Assembly: GCA_010093815.1 (NCBI GenBank)
Contig: ML996583.1
Reading direction: 5' to 3' (one strand)
Length of the DNA stretch: 64,000 bases
Source: Pseudovirgaria hyperparasitica
Taxonomy: Eukaryota
This document shows positions 40,001 to 52,023 of the stretch, one piece after another. The notes beneath the pieces are model-generated. The model worked only from the letters and a program-made list of their open reading frames with translations. It was not told where the DNA came from and made no database searches. A program made the translations under genes and the position numbers. Within the stretch, counting starts at the first letter, position 1. The number at the start of each line of letters is the position of its first letter.

Positions 40001-41430
40001 TTGATGACGTAGAGCTCATGGTGTTTACTCCACTGCGGAGCGCGTGAGGCTGATGCTGCCGCTTGGCAATGCGGTCTATCGTGTCAATTATTTTCTGCCG
40101 CTCATCTCGGCGACCGATTTGACCTGTCGGCAAGCTGAAGAAAGAAGACACATCCTTTGCGGCGATCTTGAAATTTGCGAGCCCGGCGGTGTCGCCCTCT
40201 GTGAGTAGGTTCTGGATTTTGATTAGGTCATGCTTCAACCCCGTTGTAGAATGATATCTATCGTCAATCTTGCGTTGTGTCATTTTCTGGATGACCGCGG
40301 ACAAGGCCTCAGGCACCTCAAGTCGTTTCGAAGTCAAAGGAGGGAGACGCGAACTCAGCAGAGCCTGCATTACGTTCAGCGGAGTCTGGCCGCTGAATGC
40401 ATTCTCGCCGGTCAAAATCGTAAAGAACAGAATTCCCAAGCTATAGATATCGGTGCGGACTGTGAGAGTGGCGTTAGTCTTTGCAAAAGATTCAATACGA
40501 AGCAGTACTCACGGTCAGGCTCGGCGGGTAAGCGGCCCGTCTGCTCAGGTGCGATAAACTGCAACTTGTGTTCTATACCAACCTCTCGACTGAGCGAAGA
40601 CCATCCGGAGAAACTCGTCAAGCCCTGTTCGAAACTCCGAGCACCTGAGCCAAAATTGATCATCTTCACTCGGCCGGTGTCTCGGTTCAGATGGAACGCA
40701 TCGCCTCTAAGCTCCCCGTGTACAAGTCCGTTTTGGTGGTGAAGAACTTCGCAACATGTAGCAGCGCCTATAGCGAAATGTAGAAAGGATTGAAGGGATA
40801 TCTCCTTGCCTTTCTTTGACTCGATGCTCTTGAATTCCCACGAATCTGCTTTTTGCACACCTCTATATGCGTTTGGTCCGAATTCGACAAGCTCACGTAG
40901 ATAATTAGGCCCGGGTGCTTCTGAAATTGAGACAACCAGGGCTACCTGTCCAGCGCGCGGCTGTAGGCGAATGAATTCCAAAGGCCGAATGAAGTGGTGG
41001 CATTCTGGATCGGACCTTTTGACAACAGCTTTACACACGGTAAATTCTCTTTCTAATCTCAATTTGTGACTGGAGACTCGTGCCACCACTGGTACTGCCT
41101 CTTCGCTCGGTTTACTGTTATTGATTGGTATGGTAGATTCGCCATTCAAAAATCGTGCTTGTGTATGGGCCCCAATAGTACCGGACATGGAGCTCTTATG
41201 CTGCACCCTAGTTTCGACATTCTTCCGATGAGCCTCAGGTATACGTCTACCAAAGAAATGCCAGTTGTCGTAGCTCTGTGAAGCATTAGCTGCTTGTTGA
41301 CCACATTTGACGCGGGCGATCTTCGTACAGAATGGAATGGTTCTTTCTCAGTATCCCAGGTGTAGCCAGGAATCTCCGACAGCCTCTGAAAGATCTGGGA
41401 GATCCATGTTCCACGGCCTTCACTTGCCAT
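34037..41430 (-). CDS. Group X hybrid histidine kinase (S/T kinase-like, AAA, GAF, HisKA, HATPase, REC; Chk1/Mak2-3/PhkA/HHK1-like). Exons 41430-41329, 41275-40513, 40459-34414, 34268-34037
   Basis: Kinase-like APEQTGR...RTDIYSLG, P-loop GTAGLGKS, DDLQFAD, GNPF, GAF region, H-box FLANVSHELRTPLNG, NLLSNAYKFT, GGTGLGL, receiver AEDN...MDCQMP...LAKP. Confidence 0.94.
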
Positions 41431-42045
41431 GTTTGCGTGTGTTGGGCTGCGGTCTGCGCTATCAAGTCATGGTCGCACATGCGCGAGTGCTTGCGGAGCA
41501 CGAGCGCAGCCGCGGATATATCTATGTGCTCAGATTCCAGTTGTACATCCTGCTGTGAATAGGTAGGTCAGGACTTTGAGATCGCTGAAGGTGGCAGGGA
41601 AGGGTCATGTAATCTGAGAACTGTCGCGATCTCGAATCTCGATGCGGGAACTACGGCGTACGTAATTACGGGTGGATTCATTAGGGCGGCCGAAACTGGT
41701 GATTGGACACATCCATAATTCCTGCGCGTGTATCCCGCTCTTTACATCCACACCCCGGGAACAGTAGTTATTGACGTTTGAGCTTGGTACTCGAGAATGA
41801 TGTTATGAATCTCTGAGCAAGCAAGCGCGATCTTGGAATCACGGGATGGACCATCACTATCTCAACTCCACCCGACACAGCAGATGAGGAGCAGCAGCAC
41901 ACTAGCGGTTCTTCAACTCCAACCCTCACTGCAACACATGAGCGCCTTTATAGCGAGCGACACAATCTAGCACTGCATTGTATGCGATCAGATAACTTTA
42001 CTTAGGGAGTTTTCGACCCTACAGCTGGCCGGCCAATGCAAGAAC

Positions 42046-44655
42046 ATGGACCATCACTCGATCGACGATAACGAGGTCTTCGAGAATCAAAATAAGCCAA
42101 GGCGGCTACCAAGTGATCTCCCCACGTCACTAGATGACCGACGAAGCGTACCCATTCTGGGAGAAGAGACCGAGATCTATGATGCCTGGCAAGGTAGGAG
42201 TAGACTTGTCTACAGCTATAAGTTTGCTGACCAAGGTCACAGGTCAGTCGCAGTTCTTGACGAATCCGATTCCTGCACGGCCCCTAGACTTCAACCTGAC
42301 CCTCGACGATGGCGGCTTTGAAGAGGAACAAACATTGTCTCGACTTGAGGATAGCGATAGCCGCCTAGTCCAAATGCTTGCGAGTCAAGCACGGCACAAA
42401 AATGACAGTACTGCAAACGAGGACGAGGAGACGCTTATAGGAGATGATAAGCTTTCTGAGCAGGAGAAACAAAACACACTTCAGAGCTTACTGAACATGG
42501 CGGCATCCAATGGAGATGTTGAAAGAGTTGGTCGACTACTGAAAGGCAGCGCCAAAGACTACATCGATATCGACGCCGCGGACAGTGATGGTACCCCTCC
42601 TTTGATTTACGCCTGCTGCTTTGGACATGAAGACGTTGTAGCTGCTCTGCTCGAAGCAGGGGCCAATGTTGATATTCAAGATCGCAACCAATGGAGTCCT
42701 CTCATGTGGGCCATGACCAACCGACACAAATCGATAGCAAAGGTCCTGTTAGACCACGGGGCCTCGCCGGAGGTGAAATCATCTTCGGGAAGAACGGCAT
42801 TCGATTTTGTTGCCCCGAACAGCGAGATTTCCGAATATCTACACGAGAGTGGCTACAATATCGGAAGCGTCGGTGTCGGTGTCGGTGGGGATGATTTCTA
42901 CAACTCAGGCTTCTCTCAGGACCGATTCGAGGAAGAAATGCAAGAGAATGAGATGAAACGCCGGATGATGATGGAGAGTGCTTTTAACTTGGAGGTAGAT
43001 CTCGGGAATCTTGGTATTGATGAGCAGCCTGAAGTGCGTACGCTGATATTCACCCTCGACGTTCATGATGCTCACCGTGTACTTAGGATCCCGAGGAGTT
43101 TGACGCTGACGTGCAGGAGTTTGTTTGGGACAGGTGCCTGAACGACCAAATGTTTGTATTTCAGGAAAGCGATCTCGAACGCATCCTTGATGTGATCATC
43201 ACAAACATGACGCCACAGCGATCCCCTTCTCAGAAGCCAGTCCCGGCAAACATCCTGTTTTTGAGTGCACGCTATGCACACTACCATGCCAGTGCCGAGC
43301 TCTTGGAAAAACTGCTTATCGCTGCCATGGACAAGATTAACGATGTCGTAGAGCGACATCAATGGGACATGACGATACTTGCATTCTGGATATCCAATGC
43401 GACATTACTTTTGCACTACCTGAAGAAGGACACGGGCCTTTCGGGAGCAACAACGAGCTTTCAGATCCACATTGCAGATCTGATTAATGAGATATTCATC
43501 CTGATCATACGAGATGCAGAGCGAAGAATAGACAAATTCTTCGACACAGCGATGCTGGACCACGAGACGATTCCTGGTTTCGAGGACATACATTTCCAGA
43601 ACGAATGGAAGATCTTCCGCTCGAAGCCCAAAGCCAAACCCCCAGAGCCGCCAGAAAAACGATTCAGACCGCCCTCACCCAAGAGACGCGCTCAAATTGC
43701 TCCGCGCAACATCACTTCGCTCCTATCGTCGACCTTGTTCGTGCTAGACCTGTACGACGTCCATTCTGTCATCACCGCCCAGGTGTTGTCGCAACTCCTG
43801 TACTGGATCGGCGCCGAGACTTTCAACCGCATCATGAGCAATCGCAAGTACCTCGCACGTACCAAAGCAATGCAGATCCGCATGAACGTGTCCGTGCTCG
43901 AGGACTGGGCACGGTCAAACAACCGCAAGCCCGAGCACTACGAAAACGGCTCAATGACATCAACAGGCGAGACGACAGTCGAGTCCTCCACCCGCCATCT
44001 CGCCCCGTCCGTGCAACTCCTCCAGTGGCTCCAGGTGCTCTCCTCGCTAGGCGACGACTTTGAAGCCCTCGTCGCCACCCTCCAACAACTCCCCCGCCTC
44101 ACGCACCAGCAGCTCATCCACGCCGTCAAGTACTACCGCCCCGAAGTCGGCGAAAAATCTCTCGCCAAAACCGCCCTCAAATACCTCCACGCCCTCCAGA
44201 AAGAAGCCTCGGAGCGCAAGCTCCGCGACAAGAAGAAGAAGCAGCGCGACAGTCTAGCCAAGCGCACCTCCACCGACTCCTCGCCTGCCGCAACCACACA
44301 GTCCCATCCCTCCACCCCCGCGAAACAGCCCTCCGACCCTACCACCTCCTCCTCACCCTCACCCTCCCCCGCAGAATACCCCGGAGCCGCCGGAGCCAGC
44401 GACGCAGAGCACGAACCCGACGCCCCCGAAAACCTCCTCCTCGACCCCTCGTACATGCTCCCCTTTTCGCTGCCCACGTCGACGGACATGCTGATTAGCT
44501 ATGGCGCCGGCTTCGGCGGCGTCAATCGCGAGCGCGAACGCAAGTATTTGCCCACTGTCCCGCCGGAGTTTTTGGTCAGGCTGGATCCGAATGGTGGGCA
44601 GGCTGTTGGTAGGCTGTATGAGGGGGCGCAGTGGAGTGATGATGGGTTTGGGTAG
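42046..44655 (+). CDS. Ankyrin-repeat and DIL (dilute) domain protein. Exons 42046-42193, 42243-43033, 43087-44655
   Basis: Ankyrin motifs GTPPLIYACCFGH, WSPLMWA and GRTAFD; DIL-like ETFNRIM...KAMQIRMNVSVLEDW...LQWLQ. Introns join in frame. Confidence 0.88.
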
Positions 44656-44746
44656 GGGGTTGGGGGTTGGGGTGTGTGAGAGGGGGATTGGATGAACGGG
44701 TGAGAGGGGGGAGAGGGGGATGAGAGAGGGGTGGGGGGTGTATGTG

Positions 44747-45020
44747 TTTATATATACATATATATATATGAATACATGGATGTTGTTGTTGTATGGAGAT
44801 GTGTGTGTGTGAGGTGTGCATGGGACATGGGCGTTTTTCTGTGTGTGTGCGTACATGTGTGTGTGTGTGTGGACAAGACGTGAGTGCGGATGAGTGCATG
44901 TGCATAAGTACGTACGTGCATGCATGCATGTGCACGCATAGGCAGCTGCTTATTACGAGCGTGAAGAATAAATACATGCATACATCTTACATATATATAT
45001 ATATATATATTATATATATA
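44747..45020. repeat. Compound (TA)n/(TG)n microsatellite cluster between convergent genes
   Basis: TA runs near 44749-44769 and 44991-45020; TG runs near 44800-44870. Confidence 0.9.
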
Positions 45021-45317
45021 CACTAGACTAGCATTCCCACTTGCTCTAGTCTATGCAGTACTAAAAAGAAGGATATCAGAATTTAATATGTTATACAATA
45101 TGTAGTATATAGTAAGTATGTAATATATGTATCCAGAAAGGAAAAGAAGACGAAGAAATCAAAGACCTGGCCCGCAGCACTTTGCTCTCTACTCCCGCTA
45201 CCGCTACCCTAATCTCCGTCACGTCATGCACGTAACCATTATATACGCCATCCAGCTAATTAGCCACCTTGTGCACACCACCCGGGTTTTCGTGTGTGCA
45301 TGCATGCATGCATTCAT

Positions 45318-47330
45318 TCACCGCGCCATACCGACATTCGCTCTGCTCCCGCGATTTCCAGACGCCTCAGGCCCCCCAGCAACACCCCAGCCAGGCGTAC
45401 TACTCTTCCGCACGCCCGCCAGCGCAGGCCGCGTCACGCTATCCTGCACCTCCCGCCGGCCGCTCACGTTGCCAAAGCCCAAGACCTCGGGCCTGTCGAG
45501 GTCGAAGGGATCGCTCTTCCCACGGACGCGCCGTGCGGTAGATAGGTATGGGGTTGTCATGCTTGTGCGAGTGGAGTCGATTGGGTGGGGTGAGGGGTGG
45601 GGGGTGAAGAGAGGACGGACGGCGGGGTGGAGATGTGTGTTTGGGAGGGGTGAGGAGGGGGCGGGAGAGAGGTGAGGCGTGGGATAGGGATATGAGTATG
45701 ATGGATGTGGGTAGTCGGCAGCGTTGGGATTGGGAGTCTGAAGAGAGGCGGAATGAAAGGATGTTGCGTGAGGTGTGGGCGGGTGGGAGTGGAGAGCTGT
45801 TTGGAGGGATTGCGTGCGAGAGTGGCCTGGGTGGCGGAGATATTCTGGCGTGGTGCCTTGAGGGCTCGATGGATCTGCAAAGGGGTTGCGGAGAGGGGAG
45901 CGGGTTGGCGTCGTGATGGTGGTGGAGGATATGATGGGTTGGGAGGTGTTGTTTTTGGGTATAGGGGTTGAAGGTTTGCTAGTATCCGGGTTGACGATGC
46001 GGAGGGCGGCAGGACGGAGTGGTTGGATTGGGTCGAGAAAGGGGTCGTCGATGCTGTATAGGCTTTCGGTGTTGGGCGATGGAGAGGCAGGGTGGCCTAG
46101 GGGTGGGGAGTCTTTCTTTCTGTCCATGCGTGTTTTGATGCCTGCGACGAGGCCGTTGAAGCGGCTGCGGAAAGCGACTGGTGCGCTCATTGCGCGGCTT
46201 CGTGGAGAGTTTGGAGGCAGGCCGGTCGAATGGGACCACCGGCTCCTCCTTTGGCTGCCAGCGGTGTTGGTGCTTTCGCTCTCCCTCGAGTCGGTCCGTG
46301 CATGGCTTGGTACTGCACCTGCGACTACAGAATCGTTCATCTCATCAATCTCTCCAGCCTGGTCACCTTTCTCGCCAGCCTCGCCTCTCCGTGGGAGCGC
46401 ATTTTTGCCTTGTCTCCGTCGCCTGAAACATAGAAAGACCAACGCTGCCACAAGAGCAATGCCCACCAAGCCAGCCACCACGCCTCCTGCAATGGGAACT
46501 GATATGGGAGGCCGAGACGAAGGACCGTCACCTGAAGATGCAGGAGAGGAGTTGGTATCGTCGCCAATTACTGTAGGCCCACTTTGCGATGATGATGGTG
46601 ACGGTGACGGTGATGGTGATGATGATATGGATGTGATTAGGCGCGTGCTTGATGTCGTAGCGGACGGCTGAGGCGACTGTCGGACGGATGGATCTACAGA
46701 ATTAGCTGTGAGAAATGTGTTATGCGCGACATTTGAAGTAGAGCGAAGACTACTGGGGGCGTCTTGTGGAGCCTCAGCAGACACGGCCTGGACAGAGACT
46801 GCCACTGATACATCTGGTACTGCCGCATGCGGCAGTACAGTCACCGGTGTTGAATCAGAATCTATAGAAACTGGAATATCAAGCGTACCTGGAGCTTGCA
46901 ACGAGGACAATACAAAGAGTTGTGGAGTCTGCTCGCTAGGTTGTGCTTGTGTTGTTGGTAGTAGGTCTGATGCTGGCGCTGGTGGTGCTGTCGAACCTGT
47001 AGGGCTTGACTGAGCATTGCCAGGCGGCGAATCCTGTCCCGAAGATACGGGGGCAGTCTGTACGGACGGGAGATTTCGTGAAGGTGTGGGAGTCTGCGCG
47101 AGTGTTTGCAATGGGGCGAATGAGGCTATAGTGGCCGACGATGGATCCTCCTGTCTGGATGACGGAGCGGATTGCGCAGAGCTGCCTGCTACCACCGAAG
47201 TCGGCGCCATGCCCAGCAGCGAGCTACTAGTGATTGTGATGGACGAGATGGGAGATGTGGGATCAAGACGTCGAGTGCGCGTACAGCGGCGACCGCTAAA
47301 GGTGGTGATGGAGTCTTGAGGTTCAGCCAT
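45318..47330 (-). CDS. Hypothetical Ser/Thr/Pro-rich single-pass membrane protein (670 aa)
   Basis: Long uninterrupted ORF with a mucin-like region, TM IAGGVVAGLVGIALVAALVFLCF followed by RRRR, and a Pro-rich tail with KSDPFDLDRPE. Confidence 0.78.
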   Translation of the reverse strand: MAEPQDSITTFSGRRCTRTRRLDPTSPISSITITSSSLLGMAPTSVVAGSSAQSAPSSRQEDPSSATIASFAPLQTLAQTPTPSRNLPSVQTAPVSSGQDSPPGNAQSSPTGSTAPPAPASDLLPTTQAQPSEQTPQLFVLSSLQAPGTLDIPVSIDSDSTPVTVLPHAAVPDVSVAVSVQAVSAEAPQDAPSSLRSTSNVAHNTFLTANSVDPSVRQSPQPSATTSSTRLITSISSSPSPSPSPSSSQSGPTVIGDDTNSSPASSGDGPSSRPPISVPIAGGVVAGLVGIALVAALVFLCFRRRRQGKNALPRRGEAGEKGDQAGEIDEMNDSVVAGAVPSHARTDSRESESTNTAGSQRRSRWSHSTGLPPNSPRSRAMSAPVAFRSRFNGLVAGIKTRMDRKKDSPPLGHPASPSPNTESLYSIDDPFLDPIQPLRPAALRIVNPDTSKPSTPIPKNNTSQPIISSTTITTPTRSPLRNPFADPSSPQGTTPEYLRHPGHSRTQSLQTALHSHPPTPHATSFHSASLQTPNPNAADYPHPSYSYPYPTPHLSPAPSSPLPNTHLHPAVRPLFTPHPSPHPIDSTRTSMTTPYLSTARRVRGKSDPFDLDRPEVLGFGNVSGRREVQDSVTRPALAGVRKSSTPGWGVAGGPEASGNRGSRANVGMAR

Positions 47331-48962
47331 GAAATATCCATGAACGAAGATATGACGGCGAAATCAGATGGAAACAAGAGAAGGAGTGGAGACGCGGTAT
47401 ATCATAAACATGGGCGGGATGAGGGCATGGCGAAGAGGGTAGAGAGCAGAGCAGAGGGAGAGCAGTGATGCATGAATTGATAATTTGGCGCAAGAGTGGA
47501 CGGGTGAGACTGAGGGCGAGGAGAATGGAAGAAGATGCATGTAGGAGATGGAAAGAACATGCATGTGGGATAAAGAGGCGAACAAGGAAAGCAACAGAGC
47601 AGGCTGGGAAAGCGCAATCGGTAGGCAGTCAGTCGGTCGACGTGAAGGCATCCTGAAGCTCGCGCAGTTTCGCGTTTGCCGCTCCGCTACACACATGAGG
47701 CGCTTAGTAGCAGCCATTGACAGGAAAGCGTGTCTTGGACGCTGTTCATCGCCTACAAACTGGACACATCTGCGTGTGATGGATAGAGACTAAGACATGA
47801 CTGTGTCGTTGATGGAACGATGGAGTCGTGTGGATGGTTGTTGTGGTTGTGATTATGGTGGACGGAGTGAATAGTGGTGCTGGTGGTGTTGATGAAGAAG
47901 AAGGTGGTTTGGAGCAGAGGGCAAAGGGGCTAGTCACGTGTGCAGAGAGGAAAGACAGGCATCTGTAACCCAATACGGCCTAGCTACGGAAGCCTGAGGC
48001 TCTGAGGTCTTGGCACAGCCAGTCGCTTCCAGGGGTTAAACTGATTGGTCGTCGTTGTCCGCCAGCCTTTGATGACTTTAAAGTTCATTTCATGGACACC
48101 ACTCGATCACTCATTCGGTTTGTTTACTGGGTGTTGCCTTGTGGCATTTGTTGCTTTCACTTTGTGCATAACTTGACGCCTCTATCACATCCACATCAAC
48201 ATCAGCATCCATCAAGCTGGCGGCCATCGCGTAGTAGACATCGCACACCCCTAGCGCGCCTGCCGATCTATCGCCCGCACTACACCACCACCACCACCAC
48301 CACTACTGACACCACCACCACTATTATGCGACGTGGTGAATTGCCATCTCATCTCTGTTGATATTCAACGTAATCCTCCTCGACCATCACAGAAACAGAC
48401 GTCCGCACATCCACGGCCTGGGTAAATATTTACCACCACAACGGCAGAGCATGTCCATGTCGACCGCTACCTTCCCCGCCTCGAGTCTGTCCGCTGGCCT
48501 GAAGGTTCCGCTTCACGCCTTGGACTCTTCTTCTTCTTCTTCTTCGTCGTCGGCGTCGTCGTCAGGCCCGTGAACGGCTTTTCTTTGCTCTGCAGCAGCC
48601 ATGTTTGCGTTTGGCTCTGGAAGTAGTAAGTGTTGGCCCAACGTTTCTTGTTTGTCTCCGTCCTCCAGCTGTTGTTGCTGTTGTTTCCATCATGTTTAGT
48701 GCGCTGCTGTGTGGCGTGCCAATTGGTTCGTGGCCGCAACAGGGCCTACCAGACGCGCGCCTCTGCTATCCTGCTATTCTGCTGTCCTGGTTTTGCGTTG
48801 GTTCGATGGCATATGTTCGCCATTCTCTTTGCGGTCACGTCCGTTGTTTCAAAAGGAAGATTACAACCTGTTGCTTGGCATTATCATTTGTACACCTTGC
48901 TTCCTACTTTACTCATGAGTCTATTGTTATTTTTATTGCAAAGGTCCAGAATGTTGATATAG

Positions 48963-50753
48963 GACGACGCAGCTTCTCTAACCGCTGGGAAATATGACCC
49001 CACTCAGGAGCGCAATCCACCCCCTCTGGCGACGCCTTTGACTCTACCAAACTTTGTCACACCAGAGGAACAAGTGTCGAGCTGGCAGGATGGTAGACCA
49101 CCTGCTCTGTCTGCCCTTCTTGCTGCGCTCCGGAAGCCGAGCGATATCTGCCTCGACCATCTGGCTGCCTTCAACGTAAGGTTCAATGCAGACACACCAT
49201 TCCAGAATCTACTGTCGCAGCCCTCGTCAGACCCGGCGTTTTTCCCAGACTTGTCATGGCTTTCCTTGGAAGATCCAAAGGAAGACTCTACGGACGCGAC
49301 GACTACAGCCGAAAAGCCGACGTTGAGCAACGGAAGACAGGTCCCTGGTGTCAAGGAGTTCCGGGTAAGACTGGAGGAAGTGCGACGTCCCAATCAGGAA
49401 GCCTTCTCGGCCTTTACCCGGGCTGCAGCGGAGGGACAGAAGCCGCCTCGACTTGTGCATCTTCGGCGATTCTGGGAGGGACTGGACAACATGGCATACT
49501 ACTGGGACACGTCTCTGGACGAATACATTCCCCTGAGTGAGAGTGCTACGGAAGAGCGGCATGAAACACCGCCTAGCAGTCCAGCAGCAAAAGCCAATAC
49601 ACCCCTCCCACCGGCGGAGGGCAGTGAGCCGCGCAAAAAGGCTAGAGTTGTGTCCCCGCCGGGAGCAGGACTGTCCTCGATCCACCCCGCATTCGACCAT
49701 CTGATGACGCCCAAGTCGCATCTACAGCCACGACGATCGCCTCCACCGCCCGGACCCCATTCTCCGTCGACCTCTCGACGAAGACTTGTTCGCAGACCGG
49801 GAGTGCCGGAGGGTAGCTACAAGGGCAACCGGATCGGCAATGGGAGTGGGATGCCAGAGCAGTACCGTGCCGAGACGGTCAGAGCATTCCTGGAGGCGAT
49901 TTGCTGGGCATTCGGCATCACGTTTGCGCCGCCGCGACGACATGCTCACCTTCAAGTGGGAAAGGTGCGATTCCCGGTCCGGATGACGAACATTGGATGG
50001 CGGACACCACAGGACCGGAAACGGGCGCGACTGGGGCTGTTTGAAGGGCCGGTGATTGGGATGCAGTGTCGGCCAGAGATTGATTTTGGTGGCGGCAGCA
50101 GCAGCAGCAGTAGCAACGTGGAAGCGGAACAGGCACAACAGCTGGACGCGATGAGGGAGTTTGGCGGACTGTTATATCTCGCACAGGAGCGGGCCAAGGA
50201 AGGCAAGGTGGAGAAGCGAGCGGGGTCGGGCAAGTGGTGGACGCGGGAGCCACGGTGGGGCGGCGGGACGGGCGGCGAGGTTGGCGAGGCGAGCGGGGCA
50301 AGCGACGAGAAAGCAGAGGGTGGGCTAGGGACAGGAGGTCGAGCAGTGGTAGGAGCAGGCAGCAGCAGCAGCAGCAGCAGCAGGAAGCGAGCGTCACCGG
50401 TGCAGACGTGGAAGGAAGTCAAGGCGGGCATGAGCATGTGGGACAGCAAAGTGCGATACGAAGCAATCGGCAAGCCGGGCGGCGGTAGAGAGGCGGGGTG
50501 GGACGAGGTGTACATGGTGTCGTCGGTCAGGCACCATGTGCGGATCGTCAAGCTGCGGGTGCATGCGGCGTACCTGGACTGGCTGCTTGAGGGTGGTGGT
50601 GGTGGCAGTATTAGCAGTAGTGATAGATCCGCATGGAACGCACCCCAGGTCGAGCGCACGCGCTGGTACGATCTCTTTGCGGTAGAGGACCGGGTCGAGG
50701 CAATGACGGCGCTCTGGGGCATCATGGGCTATCTGATGCGCGGGCAGGACTGA
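48963..50753 (+). CDS. Uncharacterised fungal protein; 5' exon(s) unresolved
   Basis: The frame is open from an acceptor-like TAG at 48960-48962 to 50753. It has globular-looking blocks FWEGLDNMAYYWDTSLD, GPVIGMQCR, KWWTREPRWGGG and RTRWYDLF. Confidence 0.75.
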   Translation, partial: DDAASLTAGKYDPTQERNPPPLATPLTLPNFVTPEEQVSSWQDGRPPALSALLAALRKPSDICLDHLAAFNVRFNADTPFQNLLSQPSSDPAFFPDLSWLSLEDPKEDSTDATTTAEKPTLSNGRQVPGVKEFRVRLEEVRRPNQEAFSAFTRAAAEGQKPPRLVHLRRFWEGLDNMAYYWDTSLDEYIPLSESATEERHETPPSSPAAKANTPLPPAEGSEPRKKARVVSPPGAGLSSIHPAFDHLMTPKSHLQPRRSPPPPGPHSPSTSRRRLVRRPGVPEGSYKGNRIGNGSGMPEQYRAETVRAFLEAICWAFGITFAPPRRHAHLQVGKVRFPVRMTNIGWRTPQDRKRARLGLFEGPVIGMQCRPEIDFGGGSSSSSSNVEAEQAQQLDAMREFGGLLYLAQERAKEGKVEKRAGSGKWWTREPRWGGGTGGEVGEASGASDEKAEGGLGTGGRAVVGAGSSSSSSSRKRASPVQTWKEVKAGMSMWDSKVRYEAIGKPGGGREAGWDEVYMVSSVRHHVRIVKLRVHAAYLDWLLEGGGGGSISSSDRSAWNAPQVERTRWYDLFAVEDRVEAMTALWGIMGYLMRGQD

Positions 50754-50759
50754 CATGAG

Positions 50760-50787
50760 CATGGAGCATGGAGCATGGAGCATGGAG
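50760..50787. repeat. (CATGGAG)4 heptamer repeat
   Basis: Read directly just after the stop codon at 50753. Confidence 0.85.
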
Positions 50788-51225
50788 ATGGCCACCACCA
50801 CAAACGCACACACCGGTCAGAATAGCTGGCCATGATGATATAATCGATAGAGGCGTAGACTGTTGTTGTTGTAGCAGATTGGGGAGAAGAAGAATGAGAA
50901 TGGCAGGCCAGCAAGCAAGCAGGCCAATCAGGAGTGTTGACCGCCGCACCAACATGATTAATTATAGCACAGTACAGTGTCAGAGTATAGTATAATAGTA
51001 CAGTAGCGTACAGTAGCGTACAGTAGCGTACAGTATACAGTATACAGTACGGCATGTCGCCGGTCAATGCAGCCAAAAGCCGGGGTAGATGGATGGATTT
51101 TAGCTGCATGACGCGCTTCCTACCGCTGCTGCTGCATTTGACAGTACTGTACGCAAGACTCGTGGGCAGCGTTTCGGGGGGTTTCTTAGGGGGGCGTTTT
51201 GGCGGGGTTGGAGCTGGCGATTAGG

Positions 51226-51296
51226 GGGCAGTGGGCAGTGGGCAGTGGGCAGTGGGCAGTGGGCAGTGGGCAGTGACGGTGACGGTGACGGTGACG
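51226..51296. repeat. (GGGCAGT)7 followed by about 3.5 copies of GACGGT
   Basis: Read directly. Confidence 0.92.
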
Positions 51297-51824
51297 CTGC
51301 GGGGTCTGCTGGGACTGACTCCAAGGTTTACTGTAGTAGATATGGATGGGCTGACCGGGAGGAGGACGTCTGGACACGATGATGAGGCCACGGTGGACTT
51401 ACTTGTAGACCGGTTGTGCATAGGTGTGTATGTTGTTATCGTATATGAGTATGCTGTATGCAGCTCAGCTCGCGTACAGTCTCGGTCAGTCAGTCAGTCA
51501 GTCAGTCAGTCGACGTGCAGCCTCATCAGCCACAGCCATGATACTATAGCCATCTATCTATACTTGCATCCTGTAATTAATTATACACATCCTGCCACTC
51601 CGTCACGAGACCCATTCCATTCTTGCTTGCTTGCCCATTCCACCTCCCATCCATTCATTCATTCATTCTATCATTCATTCTATCATACATTCTCCTGCTG
51701 CTCTATTCCACTCCTGAACCTGAAGCAGCAGAGCCAGGCCCGGAAGCTGGTCTAATCGCGCATCTCTTGTTTCACTTTCCGCCCGAGTCTTACTCTCTTC
51801 ACTTTACCTCATACTACCTACTAC

Positions 51825-51872
51825 TACCTACCTACCTACCTACCTACCTACCTACCTACCTACCTACCTACC
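51825..51872. repeat. (TACC)12 microsatellite
   Basis: Read directly. Confidence 0.92.
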
Positions 51873-51981
51873 ACCAGCTTACTACTATTATTACTCTTCC
51901 TCCCTCCACGCTCTGCCATCCATCCTCTTCCTCTCCCTCTCTCTCTCATCTCTGACGTCTACGCCTCACACCACCCATTTA

Positions 51982-52023
51982 TTCTTCTTCTTCTTCTTCT
52001 TCTTCTTCTTCTTCTTCTTCTTC
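51982..52023. repeat. (TTC)14 microsatellite
   Basis: Read directly. Confidence 0.92.

Noticed and set aside
51186..51226. TTAGGG hexamers as telomeric remnants
   Set aside because: Only two isolated copies.
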